Below the pieces are notes generated by a model. The model saw nothing but the letters and a program-made list of their open reading frames with translations, did no database searches and was not told the DNA's origin. The position numbers and the translations under genes were made by a program. A DNA stretch of 64,000 bases from Mobula hypostoma (taxonomy: Eukaryota), in NCBI RefSeq assembly GCF_963921235.1, contig NC_086119.1, positions 8,308,001-8,372,000 on the forward strand. The letters are read 5' to 3'. Shown here piece by piece: positions 62,386 through 64,000 of the stretch (within the stretch, counting starts at the first letter, position 1; every line of letters begins with the position of its first letter).

Positions 62386-64000
62386 CCCTAATTGAACCAT
62401 CCTGATCTTGCATATTTCTGTCATACCTCCTCTCAATCTGCTTTGCTTCAAAGAAAACAACCCCCTTGTTTCTGTCTGAACTTGTGGATTCTGATATCTG
62501 TTCAGGGACTCTTATCCTTCCTAATGTGTAGTAATTAGATTTGGGTGTAGAAGCTCTGGTCATGGCCTACCTTTGAGTTCCCCTTAAATATTTCATGTTT
62601 CACCTTGAACCTATGACCTGTAGTTCTAGTCTCACCCAATCTTATTTATTATAAAAGCAGTCCTTTATACCCTAACCTCTCTGCTTTTGCGTTCTGTCTT
62701 ACTTATGAAGTCTGTCATCCCATTATGTTTCTTCAGCTGCTGTCTCAATAAAGGTCCTCCAGGTTCCTATTTAATGAGTCTTGGCACTAGTTTGTTTCAG
62801 ATTGAGCCCAGTTCTGGTCATCCTGGTGTAAAAAGGCTCTGCTAGAAGTAGTAAAAGGACTTAAAAGACAAAAATTAAAAAATGATACTATTGATTTTAG
62901 TGCTGTTGATATGGGTTTATTATTGTCACTTACCAGGATACAGTTGAAAGCTTATCTTGTATACCGTTAATACAGATAGAATCATAACACGATGCATTGA
63001 GCTAGATTAGATAAAGCTATAACAATGCAGAATAAAGCATAAAAGCTATCGAAAAATACCTAGTGCAAAGTCAAAGTGCTTTTTATTATCAAAGCGTGTG
63101 TATATATAACCATATCTTGAGATTCATTTTCTTGCAAGCATTTACAAGAAAATAAAGAAATAGAATAGAATTTATGAAAAACTATACATAAACTAAGTCT
63201 GACAAACAACCAATGTGCAAAAGAAGATAAAATGTGCAGAAAAATGTATATAAATAATACTGAGAAGCATGAGTTGTATAGTCCTTGAAAGTGAGTCCAT
63301 AGGTTGTGGAATCAGTCCAGAGTTGAGGTCAGTGAGGTTATCTTGGTAGTTCAGGAGCCTGATGGTCGTAAGGTAATAACTTCTTGAACCTGATGGTATG
63401 GGACCCAAGGCTTCTGTACCTTCTGCCTGATGGTAGAAGTAGGTAAACAATAAAGAGCAAGATCATAATGAGGTAGAGTGTGAGGCTCAGAGTCCATCTT
63501 ATTTTACAAAAGGTCCATTCAAGAGTCTGATAACAGTGGGACAGAAGCTACGCTTGACCCTGGTGGTAAGTGCTTTCAGGCTTTTCTATCCTCTGCCCAA
63601 CGGAATGGGGGAAGAGAGAATGTCTGGGATGGGTGGGGTCTTTGATTATGCTGGCTGCTTTACTGAGGCAGCAAGAAGTGTAGGCGGAGTCCATAGAGTG
63701 GAGGCAGGTTCCTGTGAGATGCTGAACTGAGTCTCAGTTGTTCTGCAGATTGTGGAAAATTAAAATTAAAAAATGTTAAGTGTTAGATAAACTCAGCAGG
63801 CCAGATATCATCGGTGAAAGGAGATAGTTCCCGATTTGGGTATGCGATCCTTCATCAGAACCAGAAAGAGAGAAAACTAGTTTTCTAAGTAGAGTCATAG
63901 AGTACCACACCACAGAAACAGGCCTTTTGGCCCATCTAGTCCATGCCAAACTGTTACTCTGCCCAGTGCCATTGACCTGCACCTGGACCATAGCCCTCCA

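Overview
AT-rich, repeat-dense vertebrate DNA, most likely a cartilaginous fish (ray or shark; inferred from the CR1, V-SINE, Rex1 and Penelope repeat content). It covers the conserved TEX14(-) / RAD51C(+) / PPM1E(+) block. TEX14 contributes its first coding exon (4455-4590, -) and a probable non-coding exon 1 with CpG promoter (~10.5-10.7 kb). RAD51C is complete: 9 exons, 16410-40840, 365 aa, with exons 2-8 the same size as in human. PPM1E contributes exon 1 (58600-58781). Most other ORFs in the track are retroelement debris. The most interesting signal is a family of Penelope-like terminal repeats carrying a minimal type I hammerhead ribozyme. It occurs as the 3' end of a truncated GIY-YIG element, as ~220-bp fold-back insertions with target-site duplications, and as a tandem array starting at the ribozyme core. 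Other points: a decayed ORF in TEX14 intron 1 with weak bornavirus-nucleoprotein-like motifs (unconfirmed), a split TEX14/RAD51C promoter, uORFs at RAD51C and PPM1E, a natural Ser at the RAD51C Cys135 position, a young solo LTR and an EF1A retro-fragment. All identifications come from reading the sequence and recalling protein sequences; no searches were run.
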